Source of the DNA: an uncultured Candidatus Saccharibacteria bacterium
Lineage (GTDB): Bacteria > Patescibacteriota > Saccharimonadia > Saccharimonadales > CAIOMD01
Reading direction: 5' to 3'
Assembly: GCA_964566135.1 (NCBI GenBank)
Contig: CAZMHM010000002.1
Coordinates: 1,925-65,924, forward strand
DNA: 64,000 bases
The notes beneath the pieces were generated by a model that worked only from the letters and a program-made list of their open reading frames with translations, did not search any database and was not told where the DNA came from. Position 1 is the first letter of the stretch. Every line of letters starts with the position of its first letter. Shown one piece after another: positions 45,108 to 53,931 of the stretch. A program made the position numbers and the translations under genes.

Positions 45108-47585
45108 CTATTCTTTGACGACAGAAAAACGTAAGCCTTTTTTGTCAGTTCCCACCTTAATTACATCTCCATCATTGTAAGCACCGCTTAAGACCGCTTC
45201 TGCTATATGGTCTTCAATTGTATCTTGGATCAGGCGTCGCATTGGTCGCACACCGTTATGCGCATCATAGCCGTTTTCGAGCAGCCATTCCTTAGCGGGA
45301 GTATTAAGAACTAAACCTAGTTTCTTGCGTTGCAATCGACTCTGTAGCTCTGCGATTTGGACATCGATAATCTTTTTGACGTCGTCTTTCGTAAGCGCAC
45401 GGAACACAATAATCTTATCGATTCGGTTAATGAGTTCAGGACGCATGTGCTTTTTAAGCTCGTCATTGACTTTGTCTTTATTCTCTTCGTGAAGAGTATC
45501 AAGATCTTTTGCGTCTTTAGCGCCAACCCTGAATCCTAAACTAGCTTCTTTTTGCAACAAATGCGCACCGATATTACTTGTCATGATGATGATGGTATTC
45601 CTAAAATCAACCTTGCGACCTTTCGCATCGGTTAACTCACCATCTTCGAAAATCTGCAAAAGCATGTTAAAGACTTCTGGGTGAGCTTTTTCGATTTCAT
45701 CAAACAGCACGAGACTATATGGTTGGCGACGAATCTTATCGGTTAACTGGCCCCCTTCTTCGTATCCGACATAGCCCGCAGGCGCACCAACTAGTCGAGC
45801 AACGGTATGTCGTTCACTAAACTCACTCATATCAATCTTAATTAACGCATCATCACGACCAAAGAATTCGTGTGCCAAAATGCGTGCAAGCTCTGTCTTA
45901 CCAACACCCGTCGGACCCATAAAGATAAACGAACCAATGGGGCGCTTTTCGCTACCAATTCCAGAGCGACTTCGGCGAATTGCCTTAGCCACTGCCTCGA
46001 CCGCTTCTTTTTGTCCAATGACGTGCCTTGTAAGCTGCTGCTCTAGCTTCAAAAGGTTCTTAGCCTCTTGACGTACAAGTTTGCGAACCGGTACACCGGT
46101 CGCCTGGCTAACAACGGCAGCGATATCATCGCTACTTAGTGTTAGGCGCTTGTGTGACGCAGTCTTTTCTTTAAGTGATTCTAACTTTTCTTGTGCGGCA
46201 CTAATACGTTGCTTATACTTCGCAGCGCGTTCATAATCTTCTTGCTCTACGGCATCATCACGGCGAACCGTCAGTAGTTTAATTTCTTTTAAGAGGGTTC
46301 GGTATTCAGTAGGAGTCTTGCCTTTATCAACGCGCAACAAAGCTGCTGCTTCGTCGAGCAAGTCAATCGCCTTATCGGGCATAAATCGATCGTTAATATA
46401 GCGATCTGCAAAATAGACTGCATCTTCGACAATTTTATCGTCGATAACCACGCCATGAAAATGCTCATAATGGCTTTTGAGCCCTTTTAAGATAGCTATT
46501 GTTTCTGGGACGGTAGTTTCTGGGACAACAACAGGCTGGAATCGACGCTCAAGCGCGGCGTCTTTTTCGATATGCTTATGATATTCACTCGTCGTGGTAG
46601 CGCCAATAACTTGGATATGCCCACGCGCAAGTGCTGGCTTTAAAATATTGCCGGCATCTATCGCACCTTCGGCAGCACCAGCGCCAACCAGTAGGTGCAT
46701 TTCATCAATAAAGACAATGATTTTCCTGTCATTAGTAAGCTCATCCATCACCTTTTTTAGGCGTTCTTCAAACTCACCACGATATTTGGTGCCTGCAATC
46801 ATAGCAGCTAAATCAAGCATAACTATTCTCTTATCAAGCAGGCTATCAGGCACATCCTCGGCAACAATGCGCTGGGCAAGGCCTTCGACGACTGCAGTTT
46901 TGCCAACTCCCGGCTCACCAATAAGGACAGGATTGTTTTTGCTACGTCGATTTAAGATAGTAATCATTCGACGCACAACGCCTTCTCTGCCAATTACTGG
47001 ATCTAGCTTTCCGCTCGCAGCAAGCGCGGTTAAGTCTGTTCCAAAGTATTCAAGTGCACTTTTGTTGCCTTTCTTTTTCGTACGCGTAGCTGTGCGCTTT
47101 TGGCCATCTTGTTCGCTTTCATACTGTTGGCGATGCAAAAACTGCTCGAGTTCTTCAAGCAACCTATCAATATCGACATTCATATCACGTAGCAGTACTG
47201 TTGCTCGGGCATTCTTTTGCATAAGCATGCTATACAAAATGTGCTCTGTACCGCACATATCTTGGTTAAAGTCTTGGGCGTAATCCCAGCTAAGCTTTAA
47301 AGCCAGCTTGGCTGTTTCGCTCAGGCCTTTAGCACCTAAGTTGATGACAAGGTTCTTAGGCGTCAAATTGAGTGCAAGTTGTGCACGCTGGAAGTTAACC
47401 CCTGCAGATTCGAGCATCTTTGCTGCAACAGAAGATTCTTGGCTTAAAACGCCGAGCAGTACGTGTTCGGTACCGACATACGCACTACCTTGCGTACGCG
47501 CAATTTGATCAGCCTGCTTAAGGCTCATCAAAGCATTTTCGGTTAAATGGTTCAAAAATTCTTGAAAATCAGGTGATTCAGGCAT
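45108..47585 (-). CDS. clpC: ATP-dependent Clp protease ATP-binding subunit ClpC-type (class I AAA+)
   Basis: 825 aa. Duplicated Clp_N repeat, Walker A motifs GEPGVGKTA and GPTGVGKTE, and two AAA+ modules. Confidence 0.93.
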   Translation of the reverse strand: MPESPDFQEFLNHLTENALMSLKQADQIARTQGSAYVGTEHVLLGVLSQESSVAAKMLESAGVNFQRAQLALNLTPKNLVINLGAKGLSETAKLALKLSWDYAQDFNQDMCGTEHILYSMLMQKNARATVLLRDMNVDIDRLLEELEQFLHRQQYESEQDGQKRTATRTKKKGNKSALEYFGTDLTALAASGKLDPVIGREGVVRRMITILNRRSKNNPVLIGEPGVGKTAVVEGLAQRIVAEDVPDSLLDKRIVMLDLAAMIAGTKYRGEFEERLKKVMDELTNDRKIIVFIDEMHLLVGAGAAEGAIDAGNILKPALARGHIQVIGATTTSEYHKHIEKDAALERRFQPVVVPETTVPETIAILKGLKSHYEHFHGVVIDDKIVEDAVYFADRYINDRFMPDKAIDLLDEAAALLRVDKGKTPTEYRTLLKEIKLLTVRRDDAVEQEDYERAAKYKQRISAAQEKLESLKEKTASHKRLTLSSDDIAAVVSQATGVPVRKLVRQEAKNLLKLEQQLTRHVIGQKEAVEAVAKAIRRSRSGIGSEKRPIGSFIFMGPTGVGKTELARILAHEFFGRDDALIKIDMSEFSERHTVARLVGAPAGYVGYEEGGQLTDKIRRQPYSLVLFDEIEKAHPEVFNMLLQIFEDGELTDAKGRKVDFRNTIIIMTSNIGAHLLQKEASLGFRVGAKDAKDLDTLHEENKDKVNDELKKHMRPELINRIDKIIVFRALTKDDVKKIIDVQIAELQSRLQRKKLGLVLNTPAKEWLLENGYDAHNGVRPMRRLIQDTIEDHIAEAVLSGAYNDGDVIKVGTDKKGLRFSVVKE

Positions 47586-47631
47586 GATATGTATACCCTT
47601 TCTATACCGAGCTACCCCCGGATATACATCT

Positions 47632-47672
47632 AGTATAGCAATAAATTAGCACTCGTCAATAACGAGTGCTAA
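47632..47672 (-). promoter_or_regulatory. clpC promoter overlapped by a perfect CIRCE inverted repeat
   Basis: TTAGCACTC-N9-GAGTGCTAA occupies 47646..47672. On the minus strand, -35 TTGACG (47659..47654) lies inside the element. A 16-nt spacer separates it from -10 TATACT (47637..47632). Confidence 0.8.
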
Positions 47673-47694
47673 TTATACATTGTAAGTATGCGAA

Positions 47695-48876
47695 TTACTC
47701 TGTAGCGTCTTCGCCGTGTTCTTCGATAGCTTCAAGGAGGCTATTTTCTAAATCACTCTTGCGCTTTAGCTTAGGTGCATTAGCAGCGTGAACAACCTTT
47801 GCCTCTTCGGGCTTAATTGGCTCTTCTGCCTTAACTGGCTGTTCGCTTTCGATATCAAGTTCATAGCCACTTAGCTTGCTCGCAAGGCGAACATTTTGGC
47901 CACTCTTACCGATTGCAACTGAAAGCTGATCTTCGGGTACAATAACGCGCGCCTTGTGATTCTTTTCATCAAGTTCGACGCGAGTCACATTTGTTGGGCT
48001 CAGCGCATTTGTAATGTACTGCTTAGTTTCGTCAGCCCAGATAACAATATCAATCTTCTCTTGTTCGCCAATTTCACTCATAACTGCTTGCACACGAGTA
48101 CCATGACCACCAACAAAGGTGCCAACAGGGTCTACGCCCTGTACTGTGCTGGCAACTGCAATCTTACTGCGCACGCCGGCTTCGCGGGCAATACCTTTAA
48201 TAACAACTGCGCCGTTTTCCATTTCTGGCACTTCTGCACGAAATAGATGTTCTAGGAATTCTGGGCAACCGCGACTAACAATAAGCTGTGCACCCCTAAA
48301 ACCACGCTCGACATCTTTTAGATATACCTTTAAGCGTTGTCCGGGATAGTAGCGCTCACCTTGAATTTGTTCGCTAGCAGGCATGATGCCTTGTGCTTTG
48401 TTAAGCTCAAGGCGAATCAAACGACCTTCTACGCGAGTTACAGTACCGTTGATAACGGTGTGAATCTTATCTTCGAACTCAGCCATAACGATTTCTCGCT
48501 CGGCTTCACGCAAACGCTGCAAGATAACTTGCTTCGCAGTCTGCGCAGCAACACGGCCAAAGTTTTCAACCTTTTCTTCGATTTCAACAGTCTCGCCTGC
48601 TTTTGCGTTCTTACGGATAACTTGCGCATCGCCGACACTAATTTGCAAGAACTCGTTTTCAACTTCGTCAACGACTTCTTTGGTGATGTACACAAATACC
48701 GTACCGTTGTTTACATTGATAACTGCTCGAACTTCTTGTTCGCGATCACCGTAGTCGCGACGCCATGCTGCAGCAAGTGCTTGCTCAACTGCATCTTGTA
48801 CGACGTCTTCTGGTAAATTCTTTTCTTCGGCGATTGCCTTAACCGCCATCACTAGTTGTTTTGTCTCTAATTCCAT
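47695..48876 (-). CDS. nusA: Transcription termination/antitermination factor NusA
   Basis: N-terminal domain, S1 and two KH regions (..GQNVRLASKLSGYELDI..). The start is taken at ATG 48876, 7 nt after AAGGAG; the track's first Met is a TTG. Confidence 0.93.
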   Translation of the reverse strand: MELETKQLVMAVKAIAEEKNLPEDVVQDAVEQALAAAWRRDYGDREQEVRAVINVNNGTVFVYITKEVVDEVENEFLQISVGDAQVIRKNAKAGETVEIEEKVENFGRVAAQTAKQVILQRLREAEREIVMAEFEDKIHTVINGTVTRVEGRLIRLELNKAQGIMPASEQIQGERYYPGQRLKVYLKDVERGFRGAQLIVSRGCPEFLEHLFRAEVPEMENGAVVIKGIAREAGVRSKIAVASTVQGVDPVGTFVGGHGTRVQAVMSEIGEQEKIDIVIWADETKQYITNALSPTNVTRVELDEKNHKARVIVPEDQLSVAIGKSGQNVRLASKLSGYELDIESEQPVKAEEPIKPEEAKVVHAANAPKLKRKSDLENSLLEAIEEHGEDATE

Positions 48877-48895
48877 CAAAAATCTCCTTATCTCA

Positions 48896-48917
48896 TGAAA
48901 AAAGCCGACCTTTCGGC
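48896..48917 (-). terminator. Terminator-like hairpin inside the nusA leader
   Basis: The minus strand reads GCCGA-AAGG-TCGGC followed by TTTTTT, ending 7 nt before the SD of nusA. Confidence 0.5.
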
Positions 48918-48989
48918 CGGACTCAGTAACAAATAAATGGTATCATACTTATTGACTATTTTCAAACCGTCTAACGAAAGAACAATACA

Positions 48990-51518
48990 ATGACTGCAGT
49001 TGTCCACCTCTATGAATTTTTTAAGCCAAGCTACTATGAGCTTAGCCTAACCCCCAATAAAGACACATTGTTATTCAGTGGCAACGTATCAATAACCGGG
49101 AAACTCAAGAGTGGGCAGACCCAGCTGCGCTTGCATGCTAAAGAGCTACAGATTAGCGCTGTCGCAATCAATACGAGTAGCCGACAATTTACGTTAGATG
49201 CAGAAAACGATGAGATTATCATAAGCCTAAAGCCAGAAGACAAAGGAACGATTCGCGTAAGTATTGAGTTTGATGGCGTTATTACCAAGCCAATGCATGG
49301 TTTATATCCTTGCTACTCACGCGGTAAAGAGGTTATTTTGGCAACGCAGTTCGAAAGCCACCACGCACGTGAGGTGTTTCCGTCCATTGATGAGCCAGAG
49401 GCTAAGGCAGTGTTTAGTCTCAGCCTGACGACGCCAAGCACCGATGTTGTACTCGCCAATACCGAGCCAAAAGAAACATTACGTGGGGCTGAGTTAACCA
49501 CCACCCTCTTCGAGGATACGCCAATCATGAGTACGTATTTGTTGGCATTTGTTACCGGTAGCTTGCATGCCGTTGAAGGGGAAACAAAAAACGGCACCGA
49601 TGTCCGCGTTTGGGCAAGCAATGACCACGCCGACGAAACGCTTACATTTGCGTTAGACGCCGCAATCCGCGTTACCGAATTCTTTAATGATTATTTCGAC
49701 ACACCCTATCCATTATCTAAGTGCGACCATGTTGCATTGCCTGATTTTAGCAGTGGCGCAATGGAAAACTGGGGCCTTATTACGTACCGGGAAGTCTGCC
49801 TCGTCGTTGACCCAGCGACAACTTCAACGAATACCAAGGAATACGCGGCGACCGTTATTGCTCATGAGCTTTCGCACCAATGGTTTGGCAACTTGGTCAC
49901 TATGAAGTGGTGGGATGATTTATGGCTTAACGAAAGTTTTGCAACCTTAATGGAATACATTGCAATTGATGCGCTGTATCCAGAGTGGGACGTAATGCTC
50001 AGCTTTGCTTCACAAGAGGCCTTAGGCGCCTTCTGGCGCGATAGCATCCCTGGCGTTCAGCCTGTAAAATGCGTTGTGAATCATCCAGACGAAATTAGCA
50101 CACTATTTGACGCATCGATTGTATACGCCAAGGGCGCCCGACTCTTACTAATGGTTCATAACTATGTTGGTAAAGCAGCTTTTAAAAAGGGCTTGCGGCT
50201 CTATTTTGACCGCTTTGCATATCAAAACACCAAAGGAAATGATTTATGGCAGGCGCTCGAGGATGCTTCTGGCAAACAAGTTAAGCGCTTTATGAACACC
50301 TGGATTGAACAATCCGGCTTCCCGCTCGTGAGCGTCAATCAAGATGGTGCTAGATTGCACCTAACCCAAAAACAATTTGCTGAAAGCACCGCAGAATCAA
50401 GCAACAAAACCTGGCCCGTGCCACTCGCCATTCGTCCTAAGCAAGAATCGCTCGAGATATTTAGCAAACCCGCAAAAACATATGACCTAGGTAGCAGCCG
50501 TTTTGTGCGACTAAACGCGGATGGCGCACATTATTCAGTCAGGTACGAATCAGCCGAACACCGAGCATATCTTAAAGACCTTATTGAAAATGGGAAAATC
50601 GCGCCAGCAGAACGATTATTCATGCTCAATGATAGTCTTATGCAAGCTCGCTCTGGCCAAGGGTCAATCGCCGAGACAATGGATATCCTAGAGGCACTCA
50701 GAAACGAAACCGAGGACCCGGTATGGGGAGTTATGAGTTTATGCATGAGCGACGCACGAACGCTTGTTGAATCGAACAAAAAACTCGAAGAAAGTATGAA
50801 ACGCTTTGCATGGCAATTAGTACAAACTCACTATGAGAGCCTTGGTTGGGAGAAGCGAAATAAAGAACCGCTCAACACCACCAAGCTTAGGGGGATTATT
50901 TTAGGGCTGGCTACCTATAGCGAAGAACCACATGTTATCGCCGAAGCACTGAAACAATTTAATCGGTACGAAAACCTCGAACAGATGCCTGCTGATACTA
51001 GGCACATTATTCTAACAGGTGCAGTACGTCATGGTAGTAAAGATATTTTCGACAGATTGCTCGCTGTCTATCCAACAATTGGCAACGCCGAACTCCAGCA
51101 AGATGTTTGCAACGCGCTTGCAAGCACAAAGGATGTTGCAGCTGCAAAAGAAATCCTTACAAAGCTCAAAGATCCTACGTTCGTACGTTTGCAGGATTTC
51201 GACAGATGGATTATTTATCTTTTACGCAACCGTAAAGCTCGTACCAATACTTGGAATTGGTTTACCAACAATTGGCAATGGATTGAGGAGAACTTTGGCA
51301 GCGATAAATCGTACGATAATTATCCACGATACGCAGGACGAGTATTCTCAACCCAGCAATGGCTTGATAAATACATTGCGTTCTTTGAACCACTAAAATC
51401 GTCGGTCTCGCTCAAGCGCAACATCGAGCTCGGTATCGAAGAGATTACTTCTCGGATTATCTGGCGTCAACGCGACGAAGCAGCCTTAAAACAATGGCTG
51501 TCAGATCGCTTTAATTAA
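48990..51518 (+). CDS. pepN: Aminopeptidase N (M1 family)
   Basis: 842 aa with GAMENWG and HELSHQWFGNLVT-x-WLNESFA (HExxH-x18-E). Confidence 0.93.
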   Translation: MTAVVHLYEFFKPSYYELSLTPNKDTLLFSGNVSITGKLKSGQTQLRLHAKELQISAVAINTSSRQFTLDAENDEIIISLKPEDKGTIRVSIEFDGVITKPMHGLYPCYSRGKEVILATQFESHHAREVFPSIDEPEAKAVFSLSLTTPSTDVVLANTEPKETLRGAELTTTLFEDTPIMSTYLLAFVTGSLHAVEGETKNGTDVRVWASNDHADETLTFALDAAIRVTEFFNDYFDTPYPLSKCDHVALPDFSSGAMENWGLITYREVCLVVDPATTSTNTKEYAATVIAHELSHQWFGNLVTMKWWDDLWLNESFATLMEYIAIDALYPEWDVMLSFASQEALGAFWRDSIPGVQPVKCVVNHPDEISTLFDASIVYAKGARLLLMVHNYVGKAAFKKGLRLYFDRFAYQNTKGNDLWQALEDASGKQVKRFMNTWIEQSGFPLVSVNQDGARLHLTQKQFAESTAESSNKTWPVPLAIRPKQESLEIFSKPAKTYDLGSSRFVRLNADGAHYSVRYESAEHRAYLKDLIENGKIAPAERLFMLNDSLMQARSGQGSIAETMDILEALRNETEDPVWGVMSLCMSDARTLVESNKKLEESMKRFAWQLVQTHYESLGWEKRNKEPLNTTKLRGIILGLATYSEEPHVIAEALKQFNRYENLEQMPADTRHIILTGAVRHGSKDIFDRLLAVYPTIGNAELQQDVCNALASTKDVAAAKEILTKLKDPTFVRLQDFDRWIIYLLRNRKARTNTWNWFTNNWQWIEENFGSDKSYDNYPRYAGRVFSTQQWLDKYIAFFEPLKSSVSLKRNIELGIEEITSRIIWRQRDEAALKQWLSDRFN

Positions 51519-51868
51519 AGTTCTATAAGCTCGTCAACCCTAGGTGGGCTACCGCTAGCGCTGGCCACCAGTAGTACCGTGTCGTTCTGCCAATTGTGCT
51601 CACTAACCCATAGTTCCGCCGCAAACATCATTTGCTGGAGCTTTTTTGGCGTTATCGCATCTAAGCCATCACCCCAAGTACCTACTTTTCTGTACTTAAC
51701 TTCTACAAAATATACTCGCTTGTGGCGTTTCGCAACAATATCAATCTCGCACCACCGCGTACGCCAATTCTGTGCTAGAATTTCATACCCCTGCTTTTGC
51801 AATGTTTGGGCAACAACCTGCTCTGCCTCGCGGCCAATCTGCGTCGTAGACATCTTGCCTCCTATCAT
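51515..51868 (-). CDS. yraN: YraN-family (UPF0102) endonuclease-like protein
   Basis: GREAEQVVAQTLQKQGYEILAQNWRTRWCEIDIVA...VYFVEVKYR is the typical YraN PD-(D/E)xK signature. Its stop shares the palindrome TTAA with the pepN stop. Confidence 0.85.
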   Translation of the reverse strand: MIGGKMSTTQIGREAEQVVAQTLQKQGYEILAQNWRTRWCEIDIVAKRHKRVYFVEVKYRKVGTWGDGLDAITPKKLQQMMFAAELWVSEHNWQNDTVLLVASASGSPPRVDELIEL

Positions 51869-51926
51869 AATGAAACGTAAGCTCTATGGAAATAGATTTT
51901 TGACAGATTAACGATGCTCAAATAGC

Positions 51927-52463
51927 CTAAATAGTAATTTTAAACGATTTTCTGTGCTCTGCGCATAGTCCATGTGCCGCAATCGCGGCCCGATGTTTGG
52001 CGGTACCGTACCCGACATGTGACGCAAATGCATACCTTGGTAAGTCCTGATCGAGTTTAGCCATATAGGCATCCCGTGCAACTTTAGCAACAATACTTGC
52101 AGCACTGACTGCAGCGATATGCAGATCAGCCTTAACGACGGTTTTTGAGTTGAGCAGTGGCAAGAAATTAACACTGCCGTCAATGACTATTTCTTCGTTC
52201 GGTTCTGGCACGACCCCTGCAATCGCTCGCTTCGATGCTAACCGCAAGGCTGGGCCGAGTCCGATAGTGTCGATTTCTTGGGCAGTAACCCAGCCAAAAC
52301 CAATGTCCGCATTAGCAAGAATCTGTTCTGATAATTGCTCTCGTTTTTTTGGGGTTACTAGTTTCGAATCCGTCAGACCCGGAATATCGGCGTGCAAACG
52401 CGCAGCACAAACTAGTAGCGGGCCTGCCCATGCCCCCCGCCCAACCTCGTCAATACCTATCAT
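51927..52463 (-). CDS. rnhB: Ribonuclease HII
   Basis: MIGIDEVGRGAWAGPLLV...DSK... is the canonical RNase HII N-terminus. Confidence 0.92.
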   Translation of the reverse strand: MIGIDEVGRGAWAGPLLVCAARLHADIPGLTDSKLVTPKKREQLSEQILANADIGFGWVTAQEIDTIGLGPALRLASKRAIAGVVPEPNEEIVIDGSVNFLPLLNSKTVVKADLHIAAVSAASIVAKVARDAYMAKLDQDLPRYAFASHVGYGTAKHRAAIAAHGLCAEHRKSFKITI

Positions 52464-53275
52464 TAGTTGCGCGCCTTTGCATCTTTGAATAGTGGATAGA
52501 CTTCCTCTAGCGTAAGGTTAGCTTGCTTCATTGCAAGCGCAAGCTTGGTACCAACGTAGCGATAATGCCAATTTTCTGACGGATATCCAGTAATAGTCAC
52601 TTTGTCTGTGGGGTATCGCAGGATAAACCCATACTCAGCAGCATGGCTTGCAAGCCATCCAGCGCCCTTATTGCTCAATGCACATGTTGTGACGCAAGAA
52701 CTATCAGTCGTATTAAAATCAATCGCCAGCCCCGTTTGGTGTTCACTCGTACCCGGAACTGCCACGTATTCGCCTCCGCCGGTCTGCTGTGTCGCATTGT
52801 ATAATTCTCGCTGCTCATTAGCCGAGCGAAAAGCACTACGTACCATTAGTTGTACATTGTCTTTTTGTGCGGCTTGGCTCAGTTGTACTAATGATTCTTG
52901 CAGCTCATCCCTTGCCGTAACTGCACTGTCATTCTGGTATTTAGAAATTCTCACGGTAGTAAGATGGGTTGGCGCATAATCAATTGGGAGGCTATGAGCC
53001 TTGTTGACGAGCGTCCATAGCCCATTTGGTTGCGCATATATCGCACTACTAGGTACCAAAAAGAGCTTGTTATTCAGCGAGATATATTTATACCGCTGCT
53101 TAACTGCATCATACGATGCGTTCGCTTGTGTAATCTGGTGCGTATACTGCTTGTTCAGTTCATTACACACAGAAACAACGTGCCAAGCAATCCCAATGAC
53201 CGCCACTATACATACCGCCCATCCAAAACCCTGCAAGGCAATGTTTTTTACACCACTGCGTACCATTTTTCCCAT
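52463..53275 (-). CDS. M15B (VanY-type) D-alanyl-D-alanine carboxypeptidase
   Basis: N-terminal TM segment. It contains SAFRSANEQ, PGTSEHQTGLAIDF and ENWHYRYVG (the H-x6-D...H zinc motif). Confidence 0.85.
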   Translation of the reverse strand: MGKMVRSGVKNIALQGFGWAVCIVAVIGIAWHVVSVCNELNKQYTHQITQANASYDAVKQRYKYISLNNKLFLVPSSAIYAQPNGLWTLVNKAHSLPIDYAPTHLTTVRISKYQNDSAVTARDELQESLVQLSQAAQKDNVQLMVRSAFRSANEQRELYNATQQTGGGEYVAVPGTSEHQTGLAIDFNTTDSSCVTTCALSNKGAGWLASHAAEYGFILRYPTDKVTITGYPSENWHYRYVGTKLALAMKQANLTLEEVYPLFKDAKARN

Positions 53276-53379
53276 TACATACTATTATGGCACATCTGTT
53301 GCAATCACATACGATGTATTGCTATTTTGTTAATTTTATTCTATTATATAGTTTCGTCCAGCACTCATAGGGAGCTATC

Positions 53380-53826
53380 ATGAATGACGTGGCAATGGGC
53401 CTTCGGCTCGATCTTTCGCAGGTTACCTTCGGGACTCCCGAAGTCGGCCTCGTCGGAATCATCGGACCGATGCTCAGCAAGACCAGTGGTGCTCTCCAGG
53501 GTGGCAAGTTGCTCGACAAGAGCTTCATCGACCTCGAGTTCGCCCGTCGAACAGAAGGTGGCCCCGAGCTTCACACCGTCAAGTCGGAGGTTATCGCCGA
53601 CAAGACCGACAGAAACGCGGGAGTCATCTCGTTCGTCACGATTGGCGAGGTCGAAATCGGTGCCAAATACCGGTACCTCGTTGTCGTCGTCAAGCATCAG
53701 CTTTGCGCCAACGACGAGGCGTGGATCATCACCAAGGCGTATCTTTCGCCTGCCTTCGAGCTCGACAACCGCGACGAAACTGTCGACGAACTCTGGCGCC
53801 AGAAAGCCGTCGACTTGCTGGACTAG
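53380..53826 (+). CDS. Hypothetical 148-aa protein in a GC-rich, GC3-biased segment (probable horizontal acquisition)
   Basis: GGAG lies 6 nt upstream of the ATG, and a TTGCTA-N17-TATTAT promoter-like sequence is upstream. A GC-rich hairpin follows the stop. By hand count, 41 of the first 60 codons end in G or C. A competing antisense ORF exists (see rejected list). Confidence 0.55.
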   Translation: MNDVAMGLRLDLSQVTFGTPEVGLVGIIGPMLSKTSGALQGGKLLDKSFIDLEFARRTEGGPELHTVKSEVIADKTDRNAGVISFVTIGEVEIGAKYRYLVVVVKHQLCANDEAWIITKAYLSPAFELDNRDETVDELWRQKAVDLLD

Positions 53827-53832
53827 GGCTGC

Positions 53833-53864
53833 GGTGGGGGATAGTGCGCGCACTCTCCCCCACC
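53833..53864 (+). terminator. GC-rich near-perfect 16-bp palindrome/hairpin after the GC-rich ORF
   Basis: GGTGGGGGATAGTGCG/CGCACTCTCCCCCACC with one mismatch. The style is unlike the A/U-flanked terminators elsewhere in the window. Confidence 0.5.
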
Positions 53865-53885
53865 CGCCCCCCTCAACATTCGCAA

Positions 53886-53916
53886 TAAAAAAGACCCTCG
53901 TAATGAGGGTCTTTTA
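53886..53916. terminator. Bidirectional intrinsic terminator (serves rplS and the GC-rich ORF)
   Basis: AAAAAA-AGACCCTC-GTAAT-GAGGGTCT-TTT. Confidence 0.8.
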
Positions 53917-53931
53917 GTAACAAAAAATCGT

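Noticed and set aside
46594-47283. 229-aa plus-strand ORF inside clpC, with similar antisense ORFs in rpoC, rpoB, recG (23531..24124), nusA and dnaE
   Set aside because: They lie entirely within strongly supported conserved genes on the other strand, their products are low-complexity, and there are no translation signals.
53365-53853. 162-aa minus-strand ORF (and a 177-aa plus-strand ORF in another frame, 53384..53917) covering the GC-rich segment
   Set aside because: High-GC DNA gives long ORFs in several frames. The minus ORF starts with a GTG inside the GC hairpin, with the SD-like run only 1-2 nt away. It terminates only after running out into the AT-rich flank. The plus ORF 53380..53826 starts exactly at the composition boundary with GGAG-N6-ATG and is followed by a hairpin. 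The choice remains uncertain and needs homology or expression data.
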